DNA of 64,000 bases, taken from IMG/VR virus record IMGVR_UViG_3300042888_000268; one strand, given 5' to 3'. This stretch comes from an uncultured virus (IMG/VR IMGVR_UViG_3300042888_000268). Taxonomy: Duplodnaviria > Heunggongvirae > Uroviricota > Caudoviricetes. The position numbers and the translations under genes were made by a program. The notes below the pieces were generated by a model. The model was not told where the DNA came from. It did no database searches and saw nothing but the letters and a program-made list of their open reading frames with translations. Positions 46,304 through 55,625 of the stretch are shown here, piece after piece (the stretch's first letter is position 1; every line of letters starts with the position of its first letter).

Positions 46304-49300
46304 TATCTTGTAGAACTTTGTAGCTTTTGATTAAATATTTTAAATAGAAACTTAACGTCATTACTTACATGCTTTTTTAAGAACACTCTGTTTACATTGT
46401 GTCTAAACTTCTTGCGTTCAGTGATAGACTTCTTATAGTTTACATACGTAGGATTGATGTTAAATTCATAACCGTTAGCCTTAGTATCAAACATAGGAGG
46501 ATGTACTAATCCTGATGTATCAAATTCTCCACGGTTCTTTGTAATATCAAAGAACTGATTAAACCTATACTTGTTTTCTTCTTTAGCAAACAAGATTTTT
46601 ATATAGTCAGCATTAACTATAGGATAGTTTAAAGCTAAGAAAGGATTACCCTTTGGTTTAATCTCTAACTGAAGAAGACCAGAGATCTGCTCAGAGTTAT
46701 AAATAATAGCCTGATCAAAGTTTTCATCTAATACATGAAACTTATCTTTACCATCATTAGAATACTTGTATGCTTCTAATAGATATTCAACACTCTTAAG
46801 GCTGTTTACCTGTTGTCCTGTAGCTGATATAAACTCCACCTCAAACGGGTAGTCTACATTATAGAAGTTACAGAACTCATCAGTTCTAATATTATGTTTC
46901 CAAATAGTGTCTTTGTTAACAGACATAAAGTGAGACTTACCAGGCAACATGAATGTAGGTTCCCAATCATGGAAGCTTAACCAAACCTTAGATTTAGGAT
47001 CGTAAGATATAGTCCAGCTAGCATCCTCAAAGTATTCAGGATTTGTAAGAGCTATCTCAGTCTTTATATTATTAGAAGATATGAAAAAAGCTCCTTTCTC
47101 ATCATATACATAATTAGAGCTTTTAGGCTTAAAGTCTTTTTTAGTAATATAAATAATCTCATTAGTATTATCATATATCACTTGAACTCCTACCCCTCTT
47201 ATAGGGTTATCAAATAATGGATAGTTAGGATAGACCTTTAATAACTCAGATGGTAAGTATTTAGCAAACCACCATTTCATACCACTCTTAGATATTTCTT
47301 CTAGACTACCGGCATAGTTAAAAATCTTTCCTTGATTTTGACTAACCCAAGTTACACCATAAGGAGTAGATACAGATGAAAACTTGCTTTGGTTAGATCC
47401 ATACTCATAAGAGTCATCTGTGTTAATTAGATTCTGAAGGGGTTGATTAAACAATCCTCCGTCACCTACAGTAAGCTTTGTACCTATATCTGTCTGTACA
47501 GTATCAACACCTACAAACTGCATAGGACTCATATAGTTCATCATGAACAATGCTCCTGTTTTATTGATAGGTTTAATAGCCGTCACTCTAGATTGGAATG
47601 ACTTATAGTTATTAGTCAAGAACAATCTCCAGTTATCTTTTTTAAGTTCTTCAGATTGAGGTAGTGAGTATATCACCTTATTAGGTCTATACACATAACA
47701 TGTCTCAGCCACCTTTGGATCGTAATCTCTAGGTAGTAATGACCCCCAAGATATATAATTAGAATACAACTTAGATACACTTAGAGAATAGTCATACTTG
47801 TAGTAGTTACCATCTTTGATAAAGTCAGATCTAAATAGAGACTTATAGTCTGTAAATCTATGTGGGTCATAGTGACGTTTATTCATTACATCTTCCCAAT
47901 CTCTATTAGCTGTGTTCACTTCAGACTCACAAAAGAAATCTCTTACACCATTAAAGAATAAATAGAAGTATCCTTTCTTTACATAGAATAAGTCACTTTC
48001 TCTTTCATCAAGATGTCTATTGTTACTAGCAGCATTAAATAATCTAAAGGTAGTTTTACTACTGTCTACCCAGAATCTTGGATAAGCTATATTACCATAG
48101 TTTCTATAATCTACTTCTGTTTCATCTGGTTCACCCATTAACCAAGAGTTAAAGAAGAAGAACGGATTCTTTTCTGTAAAACGATTAATATATGCATCAC
48201 CTCCAAATAGTATACTACTAGTATATTTAGTTTTAGTACCTGCTACTACTGTCTCTATACACGTGGATACAGGAAGCTGCTTAATGTTTTCAAGCTGCCC
48301 ATACTGAGAAGGAATACCAACTTTAAGAGAACCATAGAATGCAGAAGCTGTAGATGTCACTGCAGTGTCTAACTTTCCACCTTTCTGTCCTATTCTAAAT
48401 CTAGAAGTATCAATAGTAGTAGGATCAGAAATATCCTGCCCTAGTTTAATTGCTACATAGCTACTTCTATATAAATTATTAATCTGGTATTTAGCATCAA
48501 AACCTTGAATGTTAGGACTAACATAAACAGAGTTTTCTACCTTTCTTCTTCTATTACCAACATACACTTCTTTAAAATTATTAAAATAAGCATGACTATC
48601 ATACTGAAGACCAAATTGTCTTCTTGGTACTAATGCATACATGATTCTAAATAATTGCTCTCCTGTAGTTTGAGCTTCAATATATGTCATAGAAATTGCT
48701 ATAGCGGCATTGTAAACACCAATAGCAGTATTATAAACTGCAATTACAGGGTTAGGTATAGATACCGTAGCACTACCTCCAGTTCCTAAAAAACTACCAC
48801 CACCTCCATAAGTTAGAGCATGGTTAGTAATCTTTTGAAGTGTAAGCTTTTTAGTATATGGTAAGTCATCTGTTCCTTGTAATGCAATATTACTATCATT
48901 AGCTATAGCTCCTAAGTAGTTTCCAATTGCTCCAATTGTACCAACAATACTAGCTAAACTAGAACTAAAGTTGGTAAGCAATTTAAATTTAGGATGTTTA
49001 TGTGGAGTGGAAAATACACCCTCAACATCACCATAAATTTCAGTTTCAATCTTAGCCTCGTTAAACGCTAAGAAAGGTTTAGAGAATGTAGTGTCTGGAC
49101 TATGAAAAGAAAAGTGATCTTTCTTATATGTAGTTAAAGGATAGCCTGTATTTATATCTGCACTACCTTTTTCAAATACATTTTTATCAGATGTTAAAAG
49201 ATCATCTGCTCTTAAATCATTATAAGGATAGTTTTGATATAATCCTTTTACAGAAGTGTTACCAGGAATATCATATTCTCTCATATTAGAAAACATGCCT

Positions 49301-51327
49301 TTAGCTACAATAGACTTCTGTCCTTCTCTAGAACCACGAAGTATTTCGTAACCTACCACTTCTGGTATATCGTTACCATAGTTGTCTACAGGATGAGTAA
49401 TGTTTTCAAATTGTACACCAAGTACAATTACATTGTTTCCATTATCTACAACATGGTTTAATGCTGGATGAACAGTTACATCTGGAAACTTATGATGTCT
49501 AATTTGAGCACCACACAATGGTCCCCAAATTTCTGGTTTGTTAGGAGGATATATTTCTGTAGATTCCCAATACCCCATTAATCCTTTACCAATAACTAAT
49601 CCACCATCTCCTACAGCAACATTAGTTAAACTTGTTACAGTAGCCGTATTTTTAACTTGCCAGTTTAATCTAGGCACACCATCTCTAGTTTCAAAAGCAT
49701 CTTGCCCAATAGCTGTTTCTAAATCTTTAGGATCAGCTTGTCTTCCAGGAATATGAAAAGAAGCACTACGCTCTCCTGTATTATATATCCAACGTATAAA
49801 GAAAGCATATTGCTCATCTCTCATATACGTGGTATTATTACCACCTTTTCTATAATAGTCTTCAGGATACTTTACAGCAACCCATGAAGTTTTAATCTTA
49901 TTTGCTTGAAGCTGATAGTTAAACTGAAACTTACTATATGTACCCACTCTTAATAAGTAGTTACTTACAGTGTACATAGCATCAGTTTTTTCTATAGGCT
50001 CAGATCTTAATGGAATATTACTAATAGGAATACTTATAGCATCTGGTTGAATCTGATCTATATATATAGTCTTCTGAGTAGTGTAGTATATACCTAATCT
50101 TTTAGCTGTAGTCTGTCCATTCACTGTAGAAAGGATAACTAATTCAAATTCATCAAAGTCTGTATCTATATCAGACACTGTTATTTCTAAAGATCCATTT
50201 AGATTCTCATGAGAAAATAATGACTGAACATCTGAGAAACCAATATAGTCAGATATCTTATTTTCATTTACAGTGTATGCCATTACCACTTGATAAGAAC
50301 CATTAGGTAATGTACCTGCCACCTTACCTTTTTGTAAAGACAAACAAGGATGAGTTATAAATGGAATTAATCTAAGTCTCTCTGTATCAAGCTGATCTGT
50401 ATATTTTTTAAGAATACAGTTCTCTCCAATATCTGTTAAGAATTGATCAGTTATGTCTGTTAAGCTATATACAATAATATCATTATCATCATAAAAACTA
50501 CATTCACAATCCTCTGCAATTCTTTGAATAACCTTTATGTTAGGTTCTAACTTTCCACCAGGAAACTGAATCTCTCTAGCTTCTTTGATAGACATACAAG
50601 TTCTATATTCACTCTTACGTCCATCAAGTAATTTCTGACTTACAGTGGTAGTATAACAAGGAAGAGGTTTACATGTCTCTTGCTTTACAGATACAGATGC
50701 TTTATCCCATGTAGCAAACTGATACACCTCATTAGCAGGAACTCTTACAACTTTAAGAGCACCATGAGTATCTTTATAACTAACTACAGTTGTTCCAGTG
50801 CCATCCCCGCATGCTCCAGCAACTAATTTGTAATGTCTTGATACAGCATCACCTACTCTCTCAGGAACAAACATATAAGGAGGATTGTCTATATCCATAA
50901 CCCTAGTTGGGTTAATACCGTCATCCCAATAAACTAATCTTTCACAGTTATATCTTTTACGATAGGTACCTGTTATTAAGTTTGCTCTATTAAAATTAAG
51001 ACCTGGGTCATTAACTACTTTCTTATAAGAACATTCTGATTCATCAAAGATTCCTATCTCAGAATTAATATCATCAGTTGTATATATAGCCCATTGGTCA
51101 TCATTAAGATGTATACAACCAATTAGAGTGTAAGGAAGCTGAGCACATAACATATTAGCTGGCTCATTACCAAGAACACCAACTTGCCCATCATGAGAAT
51201 TGTTTACAGCATTTCTAGCATGTGTCCATAACCCTTCCCCTACGAAAGTCTCGTTATAATCTTTAACCATCCCTTTAGTAAAGGTATTGGTAGTAATCCC
51301 TGAATTCTGTTGTTCTTTATCTGCCAT
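46303..51327 (-). CDS. Tail muzzle/stabilisation protein (crAss-like)
   Basis: 1674 aa; FTKGMVKD N-terminus, YWDDGINP, YMRDEQYAF, IRHHKFP, FGGDAYINRF and SWTISY...WLSFHDW motifs; lies between the ring and cargo genes. Confidence 0.8.
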   Translation of the reverse strand: MADKEQQNSGITTNTFTKGMVKDYNETFVGEGLWTHARNAVNNSHDGQVGVLGNEPANMLCAQLPYTLIGCIHLNDDQWAIYTTDDINSEIGIFDESECSYKKVVNDPGLNFNRANLITGTYRKRYNCERLVYWDDGINPTRVMDIDNPPYMFVPERVGDAVSRHYKLVAGACGDGTGTTVVSYKDTHGALKVVRVPANEVYQFATWDKASVSVKQETCKPLPCYTTTVSQKLLDGRKSEYRTCMSIKEAREIQFPGGKLEPNIKVIQRIAEDCECSFYDDNDIIVYSLTDITDQFLTDIGENCILKKYTDQLDTERLRLIPFITHPCLSLQKGKVAGTLPNGSYQVVMAYTVNENKISDYIGFSDVQSLFSHENLNGSLEITVSDIDTDFDEFELVILSTVNGQTTAKRLGIYYTTQKTIYIDQIQPDAISIPISNIPLRSEPIEKTDAMYTVSNYLLRVGTYSKFQFNYQLQANKIKTSWVAVKYPEDYYRKGGNNTTYMRDEQYAFFIRWIYNTGERSASFHIPGRQADPKDLETAIGQDAFETRDGVPRLNWQVKNTATVTSLTNVAVGDGGLVIGKGLMGYWESTEIYPPNKPEIWGPLCGAQIRHHKFPDVTVHPALNHVVDNGNNVIVLGVQFENITHPVDNYGNDIPEVVGYEILRGSREGQKSIVAKGMFSNMREYDIPGNTSVKGLYQNYPYNDLRADDLLTSDKNVFEKGSADINTGYPLTTYKKDHFSFHSPDTTFSKPFLAFNEAKIETEIYGDVEGVFSTPHKHPKFKLLTNFSSSLASIVGTIGAIGNYLGAIANDSNIALQGTDDLPYTKKLTLQKITNHALTYGGGGSFLGTGGSATVSIPNPVIAVYNTAIGVYNAAIAISMTYIEAQTTGEQLFRIMYALVPRRQFGLQYDSHAYFNNFKEVYVGNRRRKVENSVYVSPNIQGFDAKYQINNLYRSSYVAIKLGQDISDPTTIDTSRFRIGQKGGKLDTAVTSTASAFYGSLKVGIPSQYGQLENIKQLPVSTCIETVVAGTKTKYTSSILFGGDAYINRFTEKNPFFFFNSWLMGEPDETEVDYRNYGNIAYPRFWVDSSKTTFRLFNAASNNRHLDERESDLFYVKKGYFYLFFNGVRDFFCESEVNTANRDWEDVMNKRHYDPHRFTDYKSLFRSDFIKDGNYYKYDYSLSVSKLYSNYISWGSLLPRDYDPKVAETCYVYRPNKVIYSLPQSEELKKDNWRLFLTNNYKSFQSRVTAIKPINKTGALFMMNYMSPMQFVGVDTVQTDIGTKLTVGDGGLFNQPLQNLINTDDSYEYGSNQSKFSSVSTPYGVTWVSQNQGKIFNYAGSLEEISKSGMKWWFAKYLPSELLKVYPNYPLFDNPIRGVGVQVIYDNTNEIIYITKKDFKPKSSNYVYDEKGAFFISSNNIKTEIALTNPEYFEDASWTISYDPKSKVWLSFHDWEPTFMLPGKSHFMSVNKDTIWKHNIRTDEFCNFYNVDYPFEVEFISATGQQVNSLKSVEYLLEAYKYSNDGKDKFHVLDENFDQAIIYNSEQISGLLQLEIKPKGNPFLALNYPIVNADYIKILFAKEENKYRFNQFFDITKNRGEFDTSGLVHPPMFDTKANGYEFNINPTYVNYKKSITERKKFRHNVNRVFLKKHVSNDVKFLFKIFNQKLQSSTR

Positions 51328-51679
51328 GAGTTATTGCAATGTTCTTCTTTTCTAAAAATTTATAAATAACACCAGTAACGTGCCCAGCTAACCAAGCTTG
51401 AGCTTCTTCATCAGTTATGTCTCTATCTTCTGTCACCCTAACAGTTGCATGAAATATTTCATGAGCTATTGTGTTGTGAGATAGGTATTTAGCATTTAGT
51501 AATAAATAATATTTATCTATATCTATTAGCACTACAGCTCCTTCACACTCACCCTCAAACTCTTCTTTTATCTTATACTTCTTATAGATCCTATTGGCTT
51601 CACCAACAAGATCATCAGTGACAGTAATAATAAGTTCACAACTATACGTTGGAATCTTTAAGGTGGTGGTTATTTTCAT
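51317..51679 (-). CDS. Small zincin-like metallopeptidase
   Basis: IAHEIFHA...DEEAQAWL (HExxH plus a downstream E). Confidence 0.7.
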   Translation of the reverse strand: MKITTTLKIPTYSCELIITVTDDLVGEANRIYKKYKIKEEFEGECEGAVVLIDIDKYYLLLNAKYLSHNTIAHEIFHATVRVTEDRDITDEEAQAWLAGHVTGVIYKFLEKKNIAITHGR

Positions 51680-51701
51680 AAATGGTTTTTAAGAGTCTCT
51701 C

Positions 51702-52571
51702 TTAAGATTTAAACATATCGTAGTACTTTTGATATTGAGCTCTACGATTCATTTGCCATAAAGCTTTCATCTCTGCAAAGTTTGGCGTATTTACAATACC
51801 CAAAGCATTATTTCTAGCTGCTCTTAACTTCCCTTCAATCAAATTTATTTTCTGAGAAACATCTTCACCATTCATATATAAGTTTTCTAGAATACGTTGT
51901 TTCATTGCATATTCATAATACTCATTAATCATTGGATGATCAAGTACTAATAAGTTACCCTCATCATCTTCTAAAGCACCTTCATAAGAAAGATATACTT
52001 GACCCTGTTCTAAGTTTGTATAGATAAAACCATTTTTAATTTCTCCATTATTAGGAGAAGGATGATCATTATGTAACTCATCATTCTGTAAATACTTACC
52101 CCCACCCAAACTAATTCTTTCAAAGTGATCATACACTCTAGTCTCTGACTTAATCTTTTGTACAAGAACAAGACTTCCTGACTCATCACCATATACATCT
52201 ACAGCTACTGAATAGATATCATCACATCCACATTCATTAGAATTACCATGGCATTTTCTACATATAGCCGCTGCATGTATAGATTCTCTTTGGTCTCCTT
52301 GTATAGCTGGGGTAGTAACTGTATACCTTCCAATTAACATAGCATAATTAACTACATAAAAATCATCAGGTAGTTTAGCTTTTCTTTTCTCTACATCTAA
52401 AATAACTTCCTTTGTCTTATGTATACGTAATCCAAGATCGTAGTTAACTCTTTGAGCCACTTTAATTAATTGACCAGGCTCTATCATTCCTTCATTATTA
52501 TACATAGTGAAGTCAATAGTTACCTCGTCTAATAACTGATCAAAGGTTTTATATTTTATTTCTGTATTCAT
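51702..52571 (-). CDS. Tail ring/adaptor protein (crAss-like)
   Basis: KAKLPDDF, IYTNLEQGQVYLSYEG...DDEGNLLV and EYYEY motifs; position next to the muzzle gene. Confidence 0.7.
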   Translation of the reverse strand: MNTEIKYKTFDQLLDEVTIDFTMYNNEGMIEPGQLIKVAQRVNYDLGLRIHKTKEVILDVEKRKAKLPDDFYVVNYAMLIGRYTVTTPAIQGDQRESIHAAAICRKCHGNSNECGCDDIYSVAVDVYGDESGSLVLVQKIKSETRVYDHFERISLGGGKYLQNDELHNDHPSPNNGEIKNGFIYTNLEQGQVYLSYEGALEDDEGNLLVLDHPMINEYYEYAMKQRILENLYMNGEDVSQKINLIEGKLRAARNNALGIVNTPNFAEMKALWQMNRRAQYQKYYDMFKS

Positions 52572-52578
52572 TTCTTAA

Positions 52579-52818
52579 TTATTGAAAACAAACAGATGCA
52601 TTGCTAACTACTTTCTTAATTGGTACTATAACACCGTTATCTGTTCTGATAAGTGTTATTGTATTAAATAATCCAGCAGCATCTACAGTTAATGCACTAA
52701 TACTTACCGCAGGAGTTTGACCAGCAAACCATGCAGTTAATTCACCAAGGCTATTAATAAAGACATGTCTATTATTACCATGGTCAATAAGGATATACTT
52801 TTTATAAGCTTTTGCCAT
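52579..52818 (-). CDS. Hypothetical structural protein
   Basis: 79-aa ORF tightly packed between the ring genes. Confidence 0.55.
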   Translation of the reverse strand: MAKAYKKYILIDHGNNRHVFINSLGELTAWFAGQTPAVSISALTVDAAGLFNTITLIRTDNGVIVPIKKVVSNASVCFQ

Positions 52819-52819
52819 T

Positions 52820-53494
52820 TTATCTTAAAGGGTTTTGTTTATCAGCAGAATTATCTGAAGGTAATTGATACATAAAAATAAGATCTTTTAATACTGCTGA
52901 TTCTACTTCACCATGAAGATAGTCAGGTACATTAAACTGTAAGTCTGTTCTTGTAACACAAGAATCATCAGCACAGGTGTACAAACTAATATCATCTTCA
53001 AAGATGCCTTCTATACGTACACCATCCCAATCAAGATTAGGAAAGTACATGTAGCTATCTAAGAACCAATAGTATTTAGTCTTGTTATATTTAAAGTTTT
53101 TACTCTTACTTAAAGCTAAGTAAGTTGAAGGAAGGATGGGTTGCAACTCTTCAGAACCATCTAAAGAAGCTACAGTGCGTACAAGAGGCCCATAATATCC
53201 TTGTAGGAATATAGGCAATTGAGCTTTAGTTCTTTTAATAGTACAGTCTGAACTAAGACCTACACACATAGACTGCACTTTATCTACTTCTTCAAGTTCA
53301 ACAAAGTCCATTGTTTGCATAACACCAGAAAAAGACATAAGCTTGTTCTTACTATCTTCACGTTTCATTAACCACTTTGAATGCTTAAGCACAAAACTAT
53401 ATATAAGACGGTCAGTAAGCATAGAGTCTTGCCTCACCGCTTTTACTTGACTACGAATTCTTGAGATGATATCTCCCACTGTATTTTTTGACAT
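52820..53494 (-). CDS. Tail ring protein (crAss-like)
   Basis: CTIKRTKAQLP, YYWFLDSYMYF and VRIEGIFED motifs. Confidence 0.65.
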   Translation of the reverse strand: MSKNTVGDIISRIRSQVKAVRQDSMLTDRLIYSFVLKHSKWLMKREDSKNKLMSFSGVMQTMDFVELEEVDKVQSMCVGLSSDCTIKRTKAQLPIFLQGYYGPLVRTVASLDGSEELQPILPSTYLALSKSKNFKYNKTKYYWFLDSYMYFPNLDWDGVRIEGIFEDDISLYTCADDSCVTRTDLQFNVPDYLHGEVESAVLKDLIFMYQLPSDNSADKQNPLR

Positions 53495-53495
53495 A

Positions 53496-54080
53496 TTAGT
53501 CTAAATTAAACTCATCATAATTTTTAAGTAAATCTATAGTTTCATTCTTTTTAAAGTCTTTAAGCTTCTGCTTTCTAAAAACTCTACTCACTCTAACCAA
53601 GTTATCTACAACTACATACTTTTTCCATTCTATAGGATATGTCTTAGCTACGGTTCTTCTAAAGTCTCTCACTGCTGCAAACCCCCACATATCATTATGC
53701 TTAAATCTATACTTAGTTTCGTAGTTAGTATAAAAGATTTTAGCAATATACTGATCTGACTCCCAGTTCTGATTCTGTACCACCTTACCAAAATGCTCTG
53801 ACTTTTTAAAGTCTACATTCTTTTTCTTAGATCTAGGACAGGTACCAATAAAAATAAACCCAAGTTGCTCAGGCAGCTCTATTCCATCTCGGTCTTGAAC
53901 AGCAGTTTCCCAGATCTTCCCATTAAAAGTTTTAATAACCTCTTTAAATACATCATATGTTATAGAAGCGTATTTAGGATTTTCCTCAATAAACTTGTTA
54001 TAAAATTCTGTATTTGTAAAGTTTAACTTCTTAGGTCTGTATCTAGGAGCGTTTAAATCTGGCTTTTGGTATATTTTCAC
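53496..54080 (-). CDS. HU/IHF-like DNA-binding protein
   Basis: VFKEVIKTFNGKIWETAVQDRDGIELPEQLGFIFIG resembles the HU/IHF core; GTG start; crAss-like phages carry IHF-like genes in this module. Confidence 0.55.
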   Translation of the reverse strand: MKIYQKPDLNAPRYRPKKLNFTNTEFYNKFIEENPKYASITYDVFKEVIKTFNGKIWETAVQDRDGIELPEQLGFIFIGTCPRSKKKNVDFKKSEHFGKVVQNQNWESDQYIAKIFYTNYETKYRFKHNDMWGFAAVRDFRRTVAKTYPIEWKKYVVVDNLVRVSRVFRKQKLKDFKKNETIDLLKNYDEFNLD

Positions 54081-54087
54081 TATAGTG

Positions 54088-54145
54088 CTACATTAATAAT
54101 TTACGAAAAATCTATGAAGTTTCCTAGTTAAACTTTTAGAGTTTA
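54088..54145 (-). promoter_or_regulatory. Phage-specific promoter motif with upstream AAGTTT/AAACTT inverted repeat
   Basis: Minus strand TAAACTCT-AA-AAGTTT-N7-AAACTT-CATAGATTTT-TCGTAAATTATTAATGTAG ends 7 nt before the GTG at 54080. Confidence 0.65.
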
Positions 54146-55459
54146 AGCTGTATAGGTAAATTCAGAAATCTTCCCCTTAACTTTATCATGTATTTCCATG
54201 ATGGCTTGGCGTTTAGATCCTGTAAACTTATTATGGTAATGCCAGTAATCTGATTTACAAAGACTTGGAAGATGCTTAATAGCAAACCCGTGCACTTCGT
54301 TATCTGTTACAAACTCGGTAACCTTCTTGGTATGGAAGTGTCCTGTATAGCAAGTTCTGTATATTGTAGCTCCCCATTGTTTAGGAAACTCAGTGGCATA
54401 GACCAAGGGAGTTAGTTTCTTTGTAACATCCCCATGCTCAAACGCAAAAAAGTTATCACCGTAAGTAATAACTTTTCTTTCTGAATAGGTAGCATTAAAT
54501 TCAACATTAGGTTCTTTTATAAAACATTTAGACAAGGCATGTACTAAATGGTAAGAACTTAATCTATCATGATTACCAGGTAGGTAGACCACCTCTAGGG
54601 TGTCACAAAATTGCTTAATAAAGTTAACTGACCAGAACATACTTTCAAAAGCCGTGTCATACGCATCCTGAGCCCTCTGGTCAGAGTCTACAGGTGTTCC
54701 CTTAGTAGTTAATCCACCAAAGGTGTCCATGTTAAGAAGGTCCCCTCCAATCACATATACTATCTTTTCTAGTTTATGAGAGTAATAAGACCTAAGCATC
54801 AACTCTTGAATAGCTTTTTCAAAGGCTGTCTTTACATCAGCATTGTCTTCTTTACCAAAGTGGAGATCTTGTATAGACAAAACCCCCACGGTTGGATCAG
54901 AAAACTTGTCGTTTATGTGTACCTTAGCAACGGGTATATATTTAGGATTAAAGTTTTTAATAGTCTCACTTAAGAAATCTTGAGGCTCAAGTTTCTTTTG
55001 ACTAATCATGGCTGAGACCAGCCAGTATTCTTTATGCTGTTTGTTCCAATAAGAACTCAGCTTCCACTTTTCTGTATCTATCTTTAATATTCTAATAATC
55101 TCTTCTGGACTCTTAGGTTCTGTAAAAGCAATGCCCTTAACCTCAGCAGTACCATCTTCTAGATTTTCTTTCCACTCTACCACCTTCTCTTTCTGCTGAT
55201 TTATAACATCAACTAATTGATTCTCAAGGTCTGATATATACTGATTTTTTATAGAACTATCGTCTATAAGATCAAGCATACGTTGTCCTACAATATTAAC
55301 TAAACTACTGTCTAGCTCATCCTGTAAGATGTCTTTCACCGATAAAATTTGTTTCTTAATTTCTTGGTATTTTTGAAGAGAAATACCTAATTTAGCAGCA
55401 CAGACTTCATCCGTTTTCTTCCAACGGAGAGACCCATAGACCTGGTTGATTAAATTCAT
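54143..55459 (-). CDS. Calcineurin-like metallophosphoesterase/nuclease with N-terminal HTH-like region
   Basis: DLHFG, GGDL, PGNHD, HGD and TGHFH motifs; N-terminal CAAKLGIS helix-turn-helix-like segment. Confidence 0.85.
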   Translation of the reverse strand: MNLINQVYGSLRWKKTDEVCAAKLGISLQKYQEIKKQILSVKDILQDELDSSLVNIVGQRMLDLIDDSSIKNQYISDLENQLVDVINQQKEKVVEWKENLEDGTAEVKGIAFTEPKSPEEIIRILKIDTEKWKLSSYWNKQHKEYWLVSAMISQKKLEPQDFLSETIKNFNPKYIPVAKVHINDKFSDPTVGVLSIQDLHFGKEDNADVKTAFEKAIQELMLRSYYSHKLEKIVYVIGGDLLNMDTFGGLTTKGTPVDSDQRAQDAYDTAFESMFWSVNFIKQFCDTLEVVYLPGNHDRLSSYHLVHALSKCFIKEPNVEFNATYSERKVITYGDNFFAFEHGDVTKKLTPLVYATEFPKQWGATIYRTCYTGHFHTKKVTEFVTDNEVHGFAIKHLPSLCKSDYWHYHNKFTGSKRQAIMEIHDKVKGKISEFTYTA

Positions 55460-55545
55460 AAATAGAGTTTAGTATATGGTGTATAAAGTTAGAGCAAAGT
55501 TTTTGCCTACAACTTTTATTATACACATAATATCCCCATTGGTTT

Positions 55546-55580
55546 AAAAATATAGCCCCACCATAGAAATGGCAGGGCTT
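55546..55580 (-). terminator. Intrinsic terminator
   Basis: Minus strand AGCCCTGCCAT-TTCT-ATGGTGGGGCT 11-bp stem then ATATTTTT; two of its pairs are G-U wobbles that form only on this strand. Confidence 0.7.
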
Positions 55581-55625
55581 TGTTTGTCAGGTGGAAACCA
55601 ACAAAACCACTGACTTTTTATTATT

